A stretch of DNA of 64,000 nt from Candidatus Tayloriibacteriota bacterium. GTDB lineage: Bacteria; Patescibacteriota; Minisyncoccia; Phycocordibacterales; HO2-43-120. Of this stretch, positions 9,154 to 20,418 are shown piece after piece; positions within the stretch are counted from its first letter, which is position 1; each line of letters opens with the position of its first letter. Where the stretch lies: contig JBDTMN010000001.1 of the NCBI GenBank assembly GCA_039934295.1, forward strand, positions 38,091 through 102,090. The letters are read 5' to 3'. The notes under the pieces were generated by a model. That model had not been told where the DNA came from, searched no databases, and saw only the letters and a program-made list of their open reading frames with translations. Both the position numbers and the translations under genes were made by a program.

Positions 9154-9507
9154 ATGCCCAAAAAAGTAGCCAAAGAAAAAATGGTAAAAGCAGAAAAGGT
9201 GAGCGAGCCAAAGATAGCTGTCCGCCCACTTGCTGACCGAGTGCTTTTGAAGCCGATTTCGGCAGATGAAAAGAAAAGCACATCGGGCATTATCATTCCT
9301 GACACAGTTGAGAAAGAAAAGCCGGAACAAGGGAGAGTAGTAGCGGTTGGTGAAGGAAAAACGGACGACAATGGAAAACTTGTGCCAGTAAAAGTAAAAA
9401 TTGGCGATAAAGTATTGTTTTCCAAATACGGATTTGATGAGGTGAAAGTTGAGGGCGAGGAGTATTATATTATTAAGGAGGAAAATATATTGGCAGTCAT
9501 TAAATAA
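9154..9507 (+). CDS. groES: Co-chaperonin GroES, with a 20-aa Lys-rich N-terminal extension
   Basis: The motif VRPLADRVLLK...GIIIPD...GRVVAVG matches Cpn10. Confidence 0.9.
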   Translation: MPKKVAKEKMVKAEKVSEPKIAVRPLADRVLLKPISADEKKSTSGIIIPDTVEKEKPEQGRVVAVGEGKTDDNGKLVPVKVKIGDKVLFSKYGFDEVKVEGEEYYIIKEENILAVIK

Positions 9508-9629
9508 GCACGAAATACGAAGCACGAAATTCGAAAAAATCAAAAAATTCTAAATCAAAAAATCTTCGTCTCATCTTTTTTGTATTTAACTATTTTTCGG
9601 ATTTCGAATTTCTGATTTCGAATTTTTTA
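9506..9629. repeat. Inverted-repeat element, 'cgaaatt' family, copy d, filling the groES-groEL spacer
   Basis: The arm aagcacgaaatacgaagcacgaaattcgaaaaaat pairs with tttttcggatttcgaatttctgatttcgaatttttt. It ends 5 nt before the groEL ATG. Confidence 0.6.
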
Positions 9630-9630
9630 A

Positions 9631-11286
<1,656 letters not shown>

Positions 11287-11290
11287 AAGA

Positions 11291-11370
11291 GTGTAACGTG
11301 TAACTTGTAACGTAAGAAGGGGAGAAATTTTCTTTTCTGACGCTTCACGTTACACGTTTTGCGTTACAGG
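11291..11370. promoter_or_regulatory. Long inverted repeat, 'gtaacgtgtaacg' family, copy f; immediately after the groEL stop and in the leader of the next gene
   Basis: The arm gtgtaacgtgtaacttgtaacgtaagaagg pairs with gacgcttcacgttacacgttttgcgttacagg. Confidence 0.45.
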
Positions 11371-11440
11371 TATTCGGCGTTTGCGGGGGAATTGTTAGTG
11401 TTATATAATCATCGCATTAGTAATCTAAGCTCTATTTTTT

Positions 11441-12187
11441 ATGAAGCACGAAAAGTTACATGCGGAGCACGCAGGGGCGGAGTCCGCGACAGGTGGTGAA
11501 GGAAAAAAAGTGGAAAGTTCAAAATCTGCTGAAAATCCATTTGCAAAGGGAAGAGAACGTATGGCGTCAATAGGGGGTTTTTTCTCCAGAAAAAAGGAAC
11601 AGGCGATTGCACTTGCCAGTCGAGTTGGAGGAACCGTATCCCGTTTTTGGTCACGGACAAAATCGTTCGGGGGTGAGGCGGTTGCCGCGACACTTTCTGC
11701 GGACGTCTTAGCAAAAAAAGGAGCGCAAGTTGCAGATGAATGGACGAGCAGAAAGGCATATGAGACGGGCGAGTATCTTGGGAAAAAAGGCGCGGAAGCG
11801 GAAGAATGGGTTAAGCATAAAGGTGAACAGGTAAAGGAATTTGCAAAAGATAAGGTTGAGCTTGGGAAAGATGTGGCTTTTTATGCAAAAGAGAAAACTG
11901 TGGAAGGGCTGACCAAAGTCAAAGACGGTGTAAAAAACCGATATGATAAAATTGTAGGCTTTGGAGAAAACGCCATGGCTGCGGCTCGCTTTGAAATAAT
12001 GAAAAGGAAAGATGCCTTTCGAGAAAAAATGAACGCGATTAGAATGAACCGCCTTCTTGAGCAGTACGGCCAAGTTGAAAAAGCGGAATCCGCAAATTCT
12101 GAACGAGCTCAAAGACTCCGAGAACAAAGAGAAGATCTGCAAGAAAAGATCGGGCTCTTGGGAGCATTATCAACGCAGAGAGCTTAA
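11441..12187 (+). CDS. Hypothetical K/E-rich, probably coiled-coil protein
   Basis: 248-aa ORF. A TATAAT lies about 30 nt upstream. Confidence 0.4.
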   Translation: MKHEKLHAEHAGAESATGGEGKKVESSKSAENPFAKGRERMASIGGFFSRKKEQAIALASRVGGTVSRFWSRTKSFGGEAVAATLSADVLAKKGAQVADEWTSRKAYETGEYLGKKGAEAEEWVKHKGEQVKEFAKDKVELGKDVAFYAKEKTVEGLTKVKDGVKNRYDKIVGFGENAMAAARFEIMKRKDAFREKMNAIRMNRLLEQYGQVEKAESANSERAQRLREQREDLQEKIGLLGALSTQRA

Positions 12188-12199
12188 TCATCTATACAT

Positions 12200-12559
12200 A
12201 TGGACAAACAAAATTTTATCGAAAAAATAAAAGCGAGCAAAATGAACGAGGAGAGAAAGCAGAAAATTTTTGCCTTGCTTGCCGACCATGACCTCGATTC
12301 AGAAACCAGCGAGCAAATTAAAGATATTATTCAGGAAGACATTGACTCCGACGAAAGCGTTCCAATGACGGCAGATGACCAAAAAGAAATTGATTCTGCA
12401 ACCGAGGAGCTTTCCCGCGACCTCACAAAGATAGAAAAAGATTTAGACGAAGATATGGCATTTGTTGATAAAGAGATGAATGACCTCGAAACCACGGTCA
12501 AAGATCTTGGAGAATCTGTAGATAAGGCGAAAATTGCCTCTATTAAATCGACGATGTAA
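12200..12559 (+). CDS. Hypothetical acidic protein
   Basis: 119 aa, rich in D and E. It lies on the same strand directly after the previous gene. Confidence 0.4.
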   Translation: MDKQNFIEKIKASKMNEERKQKIFALLADHDLDSETSEQIKDIIQEDIDSDESVPMTADDQKEIDSATEELSRDLTKIEKDLDEDMAFVDKEMNDLETTVKDLGESVDKAKIASIKSTM

Positions 12560-12673
12560 TTACGGATAGCTATTAGCTATTAGCTGTTAGGAAAAAGAAA
12601 ATTTCCCCTGCAAGTGACTTTGGGCGTTTGTTGCTGACCTCTCTCTTGTATTATTGGGATATTCTGAATAATT

Positions 12674-13192
12674 ATGAAAAAGAAACTTCCAAAAGAAAAA
12701 TATACAACTGATGAGGTAAAACGATACATTGGAGCAGTTTCAGAAGATTTTAGAGACCAAGTTAAGGGCATTTCAGAGCAATTTACAGGCCTTAATTTAA
12801 AGATTGACAAGATTCAAGGTACAGTTGATTCTCACACCGAAATAATTGGAGAACTTAAAGTGGATGTTACTATTCTTAAGGAGGATATGAGTGTTCTGAA
12901 GGAAGATGTAGGTGTTCTTAAAAAAGATGTAGGGGTTCTCAAAGAAGACGTCGGTATCCTTAAGGAAGATGTAGGTGTTCTTAAAAAAGATGTAGGGGTT
13001 CTCAAAGAAGACGTCGGTATCCTTAAGGAAGATGTAGGTGTTCTTAAAGAGGATGTAGGCGTCCTCAAGGGTGACATGAAGATTGTCAAAAAAGATATCG
13101 GAGAAATAAAAACAACCCTTCCTAAGAAGGCAAATGCAGAGTATGTTGTTTCAATAGAGAAAAAAGTCGCTCTTCTTGAACAAAAAAATTAG
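12674..13192 (+). CDS. Small coiled-coil protein with perfect heptad tandem repeats (KEDVGVL); paralog of 49705..50082
   Basis: The N-terminal motif KRYIGAVSEDF is shared with the 49705 gene. The repeat array is perfect at the DNA level. Confidence 0.5.
   Translation: MKKKLPKEKYTTDEVKRYIGAVSEDFRDQVKGISEQFTGLNLKIDKIQGTVDSHTEIIGELKVDVTILKEDMSVLKEDVGVLKKDVGVLKEDVGILKEDVGVLKKDVGVLKEDVGILKEDVGVLKEDVGVLKGDMKIVKKDIGEIKTTLPKKANAEYVVSIEKKVALLEQKN
12862..13090 (+). repeat. 21-bp tandem repeats (about 10 units, including two identical 63-bp super-units) inside the CDS
   Basis: gaagatgtaggtgttcttaaa-type units. 12907-12969 and 12970-13032 are identical. Confidence 0.8.
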
Positions 13193-13216
13193 AAATTATT
13201 ATTTAGATTATTTAAT

Positions 13217-13771
13217 ATGCTATACATTATTCTCGGTATAATCGTCGTTTTTATATTGTGGGCCGTATTTGCTTACAATAAGTTTATTTCTCTTATTCAT
13301 CGAACGAAAGAAGCATGGTCCGATATCGATGTCCAGTTAAAGCGTCGTTACGACCTCATTCCCAATTTGGTGAACACGGTCAAGGGCTATGCCACCCATG
13401 AGTCTTCCGCTTTTGAAAATGTTACTAAGGCGCGAGCGGCGGCGATGGGGGCTACGAATCCGGAAGACAAAGCAAAAAATGAAAATATGCTCTCCGGCGC
13501 TCTGAAGTCGCTTTTCGCGGTTGCCGAAGCGTATCCGGATTTGAAAGCCAATCAGAACTTTCTCTCGCTTCAAAACGAGCTTTCCGATACGGAAAATAAA
13601 ATCCAGGCCGCTCGAAGGTTCTACAACGGCAATGTGCGCGACTTGAATATTGCTATTGATGTTTTTCCCGGAAATGTGATTGCCAAGACATTCAAATTCG
13701 GAAAAATGGAATTCTTTGAGCTTGAAGGCGCAGATGAAGCTGCAAAACAGCCGGTGAACGTTAGCTTTTAG
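13217..13771 (+). CDS. lemA: LemA family protein
   Basis: N-terminal TM helix. The LemA signature WSDIDVQLKRRYDLIPNLV...KGYATHE is present. Confidence 0.85.
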   Translation: MLYIILGIIVVFILWAVFAYNKFISLIHRTKEAWSDIDVQLKRRYDLIPNLVNTVKGYATHESSAFENVTKARAAAMGATNPEDKAKNENMLSGALKSLFAVAEAYPDLKANQNFLSLQNELSDTENKIQAARRFYNGNVRDLNIAIDVFPGNVIAKTFKFGKMEFFELEGADEAAKQPVNVSF

Positions 13772-13874
13772 CCTCCGCCCGTTAATGCGATTCTACAGCA
13801 AAAGGACACGGCACAAGTGGTAGTTCACAAATAGTGAAATAGATTATTTGTGAACGAGCCCTTTGCTTAAAAAT

Positions 13875-16025
13875 ATGAGGATGCGATTTCTCACAATTGG
13901 GTTTTTGGCTCTATTTTCAATTTTGGGTACAAACGCAATTGCTTTTGCGCAAACATCAAATTCATGCCCTGATACCACTGGGTATCAGGAGGCTTACGAT
14001 TATTATTGTATTGATCCAACTTTTTCAAAATATAAAGAAGCTTCATTTGCAACTCCTGCAGAATTATCTTCGTATTGTGTAAATATCAAAGCTTGCTTGA
14101 ACGGAACGTTCAATGATTATACGGCTATTGATGATACGGCGGAAGTTCTACAGAAAGAGGGAGAACGAGTAGATAGTTTTGTAGTCTCAATAAAAGTCAA
14201 CCGTGACGCTTCGATTGATGTAGCGGAGACTATTACATACAACTTTGACGCTGAATCCAAACACGGCATATATCGCGATGTCCCTATTAACTATAGGACA
14301 AAGACTGGTTTGAAGATGAGATTGGATCTGAGAAATATTAGTGTTACTGATGAGAATAATCATCAATATCAATTTACAACTTCAAAAAATGGCAATGACC
14401 GAAGGATAAAAATTGGCGACCCCGATGTTCTTATTACCGGCACTCATACCTATGTAATCAAATATTCCGTTCCCCTAGTTGTTGGATTTTTTAAGGATTT
14501 TGACGAAATATATTGGAATGCAATTGGTACTGGATGGCAGATTCCGATACATAATGTGACTGTAACAGTCGAATTACCATCCGTCTTTAAAAAATCTGAT
14601 CTAACCATATCTTGCTATTCTGGTTTTTCCGATTCAACTGATGAATGTGATAGTTACGGTGCTGTTGAAAGTTTTGATTCTGATGATAGTAGTATTCACG
14701 AAATTTCATTTGCGCAGAAATATCTAAATCCCTATGAAGGAATCACTGTTGCCGTTGGATTTCCGAAGGGAGTTGTTGTGGAACCTCCATACGCAGAACG
14801 CTTTTGGATAGGTTTTTTATCTGCAGGCTGGTATTGGCTCATTCTGCCGATTCTTATCTTTATTTTCATGTACCGCCGATGGTCAAAATACGGGAGAGAT
14901 CCGAAAGGTACGGGGGTCATTGTTCCGGAGTACGATGTGCCTGACGGTCTATCACCGATGCAGATAAGGTTTATCTTTAAGCAGTCATTTGGAAACTCGC
15001 TTTCAGCGGAAATTGTGTATTTGGCCACTAAGGGGTATTTAAAAATTTCCAAAGTTACCGATAAAGGGGTTTTTATTTCCAAAGACGATTATGAGTTGGA
15101 AAAATTAAAATTGTCTGACGGTGCACTCAACACTTTTCAGGCAGCGCTCTTAAATGGATTGTTCGAGCCCAATATGGTTGCGCTGAATTCTGCAACCGAA
15201 ATTGCACGGACGATAACGTTGGCGAATTCAGATAAAAACGCTTCAAAAATGACGAAAATTGCGGCACATTTGGTCGAAGGCATGGCGGCAATTGGAGCCA
15301 AGAAAGATATCGAATCGTCACAACGATTGGTTGAAAACAAAGTTCGACTTTCTGATTTACAGTATCGTTTTTTCACTGTGAGTAACATGATTGAGCGATA
15401 CTGTGAGTCGACACTTGTTGAAAAGGGATATTTTCCTGAAGGAAAAAAAACATATTCCACGTATTCAGCTACTATAGGAAATAAAAAAGCTTCACGAGCG
15501 GGGGGCATTATCGTCGGGGCAGTATTTTTTCTTATTTTCGGGAGCACGTTTATCGGAATATTTTTCCAGAATGCCCTAGCAGTAATTGCATACGATGTTT
15601 CCGTACTTATTTGGACTATTTTCCAGATTCTTATGTCACGCATGAGTGAAAAAGGTGTACATGCGAAGGAGCATATCAGTGGATTCAAGCTTTATCTTTC
15701 TGTTGCAGAAAGGGATAGGATTAATTTTCATAACGCTCCGACTAAAAATCCGGAACAGTTTGAGAAATTCCTTCCGTATGCCATGGCGCTTGGTGTTGAA
15801 AAAGAGTGGGCGAAAGTATTTGAAGGGATAGATTTGCCACAACCAAATTGGTATAACGATTCCTCCTTGTCTGCATTTAGCGCAGGTGCGTTTGCTTCGA
15901 ACATGACGTCATTTAGCACGGCAAGCAATTCGTCTTTGGCATCGACACCCGGATCGTCAAGTGGGTCTGGAGGTGGAGGGTCGTCTGGTGGGGGTGGAGG
16001 CGGCGGGGGAGGGGGAAGCTGGTAG
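13875..16025 (+). CDS. DUF2207-like membrane protein with Gly/Ser-rich C-terminus (partner of LemA)
   Basis: Signal peptide, a large extracellular domain, TM helices and a C-terminal GGGGSSGGGGGGGGGGSW tail. ATG at 13875 is preferred over TTG at 13863. Confidence 0.55.
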   Translation: MRMRFLTIGFLALFSILGTNAIAFAQTSNSCPDTTGYQEAYDYYCIDPTFSKYKEASFATPAELSSYCVNIKACLNGTFNDYTAIDDTAEVLQKEGERVDSFVVSIKVNRDASIDVAETITYNFDAESKHGIYRDVPINYRTKTGLKMRLDLRNISVTDENNHQYQFTTSKNGNDRRIKIGDPDVLITGTHTYVIKYSVPLVVGFFKDFDEIYWNAIGTGWQIPIHNVTVTVELPSVFKKSDLTISCYSGFSDSTDECDSYGAVESFDSDDSSIHEISFAQKYLNPYEGITVAVGFPKGVVVEPPYAERFWIGFLSAGWYWLILPILIFIFMYRRWSKYGRDPKGTGVIVPEYDVPDGLSPMQIRFIFKQSFGNSLSAEIVYLATKGYLKISKVTDKGVFISKDDYELEKLKLSDGALNTFQAALLNGLFEPNMVALNSATEIARTITLANSDKNASKMTKIAAHLVEGMAAIGAKKDIESSQRLVENKVRLSDLQYRFFTVSNMIERYCESTLVEKGYFPEGKKTYSTYSATIGNKKASRAGGIIVGAVFFLIFGSTFIGIFFQNALAVIAYDVSVLIWTIFQILMSRMSEKGVHAKEHISGFKLYLSVAERDRINFHNAPTKNPEQFEKFLPYAMALGVEKEWAKVFEGIDLPQPNWYNDSSLSAFSAGAFASNMTSFSTASNSSLASTPGSSSGSGGGGSSGGGGGGGGGGSW

Positions 16026-16026
16026 A

Positions 16027-16116
16027 AGAAATTTCTAATATCTAATTTCCAATTTTCAACTGAATTTCAAATAAAAATTTGATACTTAAACATCATTTTT
16101 CATTAGAAATTAGAAA
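16027..16116. repeat. Intergenic inverted repeat with 'ctaattt' arms
   Basis: gaaatttctaatatctaatttc pairs with gaaattagaaatttt. Confidence 0.4.
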
Positions 16117-16127
16117 TTTTCATACAT

Positions 16128-16610
16128 ATGTCCGTCCCTAAAAAAGAATTACACAGAGTTGTTCCTGCGGTCATTATTTACAACAGTGAAGGAAAATTTC
16201 TCATAGTGAAGAGAAGCTCGAGACTCAAAATTTTTCCGGGAAAGTGGCACGTGCCCGGAGGAGGGCTTTCGATGGACGATTATATGAATCTGCCGTCCTC
16301 ATCGCCAAAACAAAAACAGTGGTATTATGTCATAGAGCGGGCGCTTCGCAGGGAGGTTCGGGAGGAGGTCGGATTGGAAATTGGAAAACCTACTTATCTT
16401 TTAGATGTCGCGTTCATTTTGCCCAACGGAGTTCCTGTTATTGTTCTTACGTATTATGCTAAATACGCTTCTGGAAAATTCAAATCGAGCGAAGAATCGG
16501 TCGAAATGGCGTGGGTCTCCGCGAGCGAGGCAAAGAAATATGATTTGATAGAAGGCATCGCGGGAGAAATTGAAATGGTTGATGCAATATTGAAGGCAAA
16601 AAAAAGTTGA
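16128..16610 (+). CDS. NUDIX hydrolase
   Basis: The Nudix box GGGLS...x7REVREEVGLE is present. Confidence 0.8.
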   Translation: MSVPKKELHRVVPAVIIYNSEGKFLIVKRSSRLKIFPGKWHVPGGGLSMDDYMNLPSSSPKQKQWYYVIERALRREVREEVGLEIGKPTYLLDVAFILPNGVPVIVLTYYAKYASGKFKSSEESVEMAWVSASEAKKYDLIEGIAGEIEMVDAILKAKKS

Positions 16611-16690
16611 ACGTGTAGCGTGTAACGTGTAACGTAAGAAGAGAAAAGAAAGTTTTTTCAGACGTTACACGTTACACGCTATACGTTACA
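16611..16690. promoter_or_regulatory. Long inverted repeat, 'gtaacgtgtaacg' family, copy g, in the htpX leader
   Basis: The arm acgtgtagcgtgtaacgtgtaacgtaag pairs with cagacgttacacgttacacgctatacg. The loop agaagagaaaagaaagtttttt resembles copies e and f. Confidence 0.5.
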
Positions 16691-16699
16691 AGAATTCTC

Positions 16700-17596
16700 A
16701 TGGCTACCCTCTACACACACCAATCTCAAAACATAGCAAAAACATGGTTTCTTATGACCATATTTTTCGTCGTGGTAATTGCTTTAGGGTGGATCGCTAG
16801 CTATCTCTACGACAGCTCTCTAATTTTAGTTTTTGCGGTAGTTTTTAGCATTGTCATGAACATAGTAAGTTACTGGTTTTCGGACAAAATCGTGCTTTCA
16901 ATCGCAGGCGCAAAGCCTGTATCTCGGGAAGAAAATTTCGAGCTTTATACGATTGTCGAGAATCTCTCCATCACCGCAGGACTTCCGATACCTGCGATTT
17001 ATAAAATAGACGACCCGGTGCCGAATGCTTTTGCAACGGGAAGAAACAAAGAGCACGCGGTTGTCGCCGTGACCACAGGCCTTCTCTCCATAATGAACAA
17101 AAACGAGCTTGAAGGGGTTATTGCGCACGAGCTCTCGCATGTGGGCAACAGAGACATCCTGCTCTCCACGATTGTAGTCGTTTTGGTCGGTTTCATCACC
17201 CTGATTTCTGATTTTTTGCTTCGCAATACCATGTTCGGAAGGAAGCAAAGAGGTAATTCGGACGTTCATCCTATCATGCTCATCATAAGTATTGCTCTTA
17301 TGATTCTCGCGCCAATCATCGCCACACTTCTTAAGCTTGCAATCTCCCGCAAAAGGGAATTCCTCGCTGATGTATCCGGCGCGCTTTTAACCCGCTATCC
17401 GGAAGGACTTGCGAGCGCTCTTTCGAAACTAGAGGAATACGGCGGAGTGATGAAAAGGGCCAATCATGCCACGGCGCATCTTTATATCTCAAATCCGTTC
17501 GGTGCCGGCAAAAAAATTTCACTCTGGAGCAGAATGTTTAGCACTCATCCACCCACAGCGGAAAGAATAGCAGCCTTGAGGGATATGAGGCAATAA
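16700..17596 (+). CDS. htpX: Zinc metalloprotease HtpX (M48)
   Basis: The HELSHV motif and 4 TM helices are present. Confidence 0.85.
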   Translation: MATLYTHQSQNIAKTWFLMTIFFVVVIALGWIASYLYDSSLILVFAVVFSIVMNIVSYWFSDKIVLSIAGAKPVSREENFELYTIVENLSITAGLPIPAIYKIDDPVPNAFATGRNKEHAVVAVTTGLLSIMNKNELEGVIAHELSHVGNRDILLSTIVVVLVGFITLISDFLLRNTMFGRKQRGNSDVHPIMLIISIALMILAPIIATLLKLAISRKREFLADVSGALLTRYPEGLASALSKLEEYGGVMKRANHATAHLYISNPFGAGKKISLWSRMFSTHPPTAERIAALRDMRQ

Positions 17597-17606
17597 CGAA
17601 TAGGAA

Positions 17607-17645
17607 AGCGCCCTTTCTACTCGGAGTAGAAAGGGCGCTTCACAA
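17607..17645. terminator. Bidirectional hairpin terminator between htpX and the convergent response-regulator gene
   Basis: Stem-loop gaaagcgccctttctactcggagtagaaagggcgcttc. Confidence 0.5.
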
Positions 17646-17729
17646 TCCGACCATACTATTTCACGAATGCCGGAAAATCTCTCTGGTTTACCTGACCACG
17701 CAACCTAATTGTCGTGGTTTTTTAACGAT

Positions 17730-18140
17730 TTATCCGACTCTATCCAACCTCTCTCTCACTTTCTCCACGACATTTTCAATGGTGAAATCGGTTTTCATCA
17801 TATAATAGGCCGGTTCATCTTCGACAACGGCTTGGTTTATTTTTTCCGTGTCGGGGACCACATTTGTGAGAAGAATCACGGGCACTTTCTTACCGTATTC
17901 CCCGCCTTCCTTACGCAGTTTCTTGAGCATAGTGAGTCCGTCCATCACGGGCATGAGAATGTCAAGAATGATAACATTTGGATGGTCTTTTAAGGCGCGT
18001 GTGAGTCCTTCCGAACCATTGCTTGCCTCTGTCACAAAAAAACCCTCTCGCTTGAACTTATCTATAAGAGCCACGCGCATCGCATTTTCATCCTCAACAA
18101 CAAGTAGCACATTCGTTTTTTTTTCTTCTGTTTTATCCAT
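17730..18140 (-). CDS. Stand-alone response-regulator receiver (CheY-like)
   Basis: 136 aa with receiver motifs: the DD pair, the phospho-acceptor D in ILDILMP, and the conserved K. There is no output domain. Confidence 0.8.
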   Translation of the reverse strand: MDKTEEKKTNVLLVVEDENAMRVALIDKFKREGFFVTEASNGSEGLTRALKDHPNVIILDILMPVMDGLTMLKKLRKEGGEYGKKVPVILLTNVVPDTEKINQAVVEDEPAYYMMKTDFTIENVVEKVRERLDRVG

Positions 18141-18175
18141 TTGAATAATGAAGTTACAATAATGGTAATTATACT

Positions 18176-20398
18176 CTAGTGAGTTTGGGAAGGCAATTCC
18201 ACCAATTGCTGTTCGCCTTGACGACTTTTCATTCCCGAAAGTGGAATGCTAAAAAAGAACGTTGTGCCCTGCTCTTCTTGCTTGCCGTGTGGGCTTTGGC
18301 GGGCGGGCCCGCCCGACCGAGAGTCGGTCATTCGGGCGGGCGACTCAAACCATATTTTGCCGCCAACCGCATCAATAATTGCTTTAACAATATAAAGACC
18401 CAAGCCCGTGCCATCGGGGTCTATTATCTTGGCGTTGTCGGCTCGGAATAATTTTGAAAATATCTTATCCTGGTCTTTGGGGGGAATGCCACATCCGGCG
18501 TCGGAAACGCGGAAAAGGACCGCGCCGTCTTTTTTGTGTACTGAAACCTGTATTCGCGTTTTCTCGGGGGAATATTTAATACTGTTTGAAATGAGGTTCT
18601 GGAGTATCACACGCAACAATTTTTCGTCAAGTGAGACAAGAGGCAGTGTTGCATCATAGTCGCTTTCGATCTCCACTTTTTTACGAGATAGTTGTGAGGC
18701 AAAATCGGAAAGGACGTTATTTGTAATTTTTTTCACATCAGAAGGGACAGCTTCAACGGTGAATGTTCCCATTTCGATGCGAGACACATTCAAGAGGGCA
18801 TTGACGAGATCTATCATCCGCTGATTTCCGCTATATATTTCCTTCGCATATTGCAGTTGTTTTTTATGCATCACTCCTACGTCGCCGGCAATCAGCATGT
18901 CACCATACCACTTCATGGTCGCGAGCGGTGTGCGCAACTGATGCGAAGCAAGCGATATGAATTCAGTTTTTGCCTGGTCAATTTTTTTCTCTTTGGTGAT
19001 ATCGCGGAATACTTCGACGGTTCCGACGATCTTGCCACCGAGCTTTACAGGGGTAAGTGTAATTGCCACGGGGAATCTGGTGCCGTCTTTTCGGACATAA
19101 TAATATTGATTATCAGAAAGAGAAGTGGTTATGACCTCGCCCAGAAGCGCGATAGATACGGGTCGTTTTTCCTTCGGAACTATGTTTCCTCGTTCGTCCA
19201 TTATAGTGACAATGTCGGTGAATGGCTTGCCAAGCGACTCCTTTGTATTCAAGCCAAGCATGAGTTCAGCTGCCTTATTCATAAGCGTTATCCTTCCTTC
19301 TTTGGTTGGGTTGGTTGCAATCACGCCGTCTCCGATGCTCTCCAATAACGCTTCGTCTGTCGCTTTTTCATGCTCGAGTGAGGCTTTTGAGAACTCCAAA
19401 TCTTCAAGGACGTTTAAGGAGGCTTTCCTGCTATCCTCCAATTCTTTAAGCTTTATCCAGAGCTCCGCCGTGCGCTTCTCGGCGGTCTTCTCCAGGAAGT
19501 GATAATATTCTTCTGTCCTTTTTTCAACTTCCAGGCTTTCCGCGTTCACGGCATCGATTAATCTCGCGTTATAAAAAATGATAAATGATAAAACTCCTAT
19601 GCTTATGATCACCATGAGAGACAATCCGAATTCCAAGTCATAGTATCCGGCGCGCTGTCCGAGGAGGCGAAGCCAGCCGATAAGCGGAAGGAAAATAACA
19701 AAAGCGGTGAGAGAGCGACGAGCCATCACTCCGCCCGAACTATTATTTGTAATATTTTTAATTAGACCGCGGTTCGGGTACAAGAAAAGAGCGCTTAGAG
19801 AGGCGAAGATGAAAGCCACGGCAGTATGGAGCGCAATCTGGGTGAGCCCGACAATCTCATACAGGGGCTGACTCCCGTATGCATAGCCAATAGCTGACAT
19901 AGTCGACAAAAGGAGTGCTCCGAGTATAAGTAGCTGGGATTTTCCGACATTTTTTCCAGATTCACCAATCAGAATTGCAATCGCGAGCAGGGAGAAAATA
20001 ATCGTAGTGATTGGAGCCATTCGTCCCGGATATACGGTGCCGATGGTTCCCGATGGTTCCGTAAAAAGCAACTGGTCGATGCCGAAGTTTGCGTGGAGCA
20101 GGTATTCGAGGAGAGTCAATAAAGAGAGAATGAGGGTCGTATATAAGAGAATGCGCGAGGCGGAGGACTTTTCCCCGTTTTTCTTATTCAATAGGAATAG
20201 CGCCAATCCTATAAGAATAAAGACGACGGCGGTATTGGCTTTCATGGCGACAAGCCCGGGCAGAACACTTTTTAATATAGCGTTATCAAATGCCCAGCCC
20301 ACTAGCACAAAAACTCCAATCACAATTGGAATTACAGCAAATATCCTTGAGGCACTTTTCAAGCGTATTTCAGAAATTGTAGGGGCTGTTTCCGTCAT
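18176..20398 (-). CDS. Sensor histidine kinase (multi-TM N-terminus, PAS, HisKA, HATPase_c)
   Basis: The H-box SHQLRTPL is present. The G-boxes GTGLGLYIV lie in the C-terminal region. About 6-8 TM helices sit at the N-terminus. Confidence 0.85.
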   Translation of the reverse strand: MTETAPTISEIRLKSASRIFAVIPIVIGVFVLVGWAFDNAILKSVLPGLVAMKANTAVVFILIGLALFLLNKKNGEKSSASRILLYTTLILSLLTLLEYLLHANFGIDQLLFTEPSGTIGTVYPGRMAPITTIIFSLLAIAILIGESGKNVGKSQLLILGALLLSTMSAIGYAYGSQPLYEIVGLTQIALHTAVAFIFASLSALFLYPNRGLIKNITNNSSGGVMARRSLTAFVIFLPLIGWLRLLGQRAGYYDLEFGLSLMVIISIGVLSFIIFYNARLIDAVNAESLEVEKRTEEYYHFLEKTAEKRTAELWIKLKELEDSRKASLNVLEDLEFSKASLEHEKATDEALLESIGDGVIATNPTKEGRITLMNKAAELMLGLNTKESLGKPFTDIVTIMDERGNIVPKEKRPVSIALLGEVITTSLSDNQYYYVRKDGTRFPVAITLTPVKLGGKIVGTVEVFRDITKEKKIDQAKTEFISLASHQLRTPLATMKWYGDMLIAGDVGVMHKKQLQYAKEIYSGNQRMIDLVNALLNVSRIEMGTFTVEAVPSDVKKITNNVLSDFASQLSRKKVEIESDYDATLPLVSLDEKLLRVILQNLISNSIKYSPEKTRIQVSVHKKDGAVLFRVSDAGCGIPPKDQDKIFSKLFRADNAKIIDPDGTGLGLYIVKAIIDAVGGKIWFESPARMTDSRSGGPARQSPHGKQEEQGTTFFFSIPLSGMKSRQGEQQLVELPSQTH

Positions 20399-20418
20399 TT
20401 TTTACGCATGACATTTTT

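Noticed and set aside
12832-13089. Antisense ORF with TPTSSLR repeats; similarly 49806..50024
   Set aside because: It is a mirror translation of the sense-strand heptad repeat array. The sense genes have proper starts and context.
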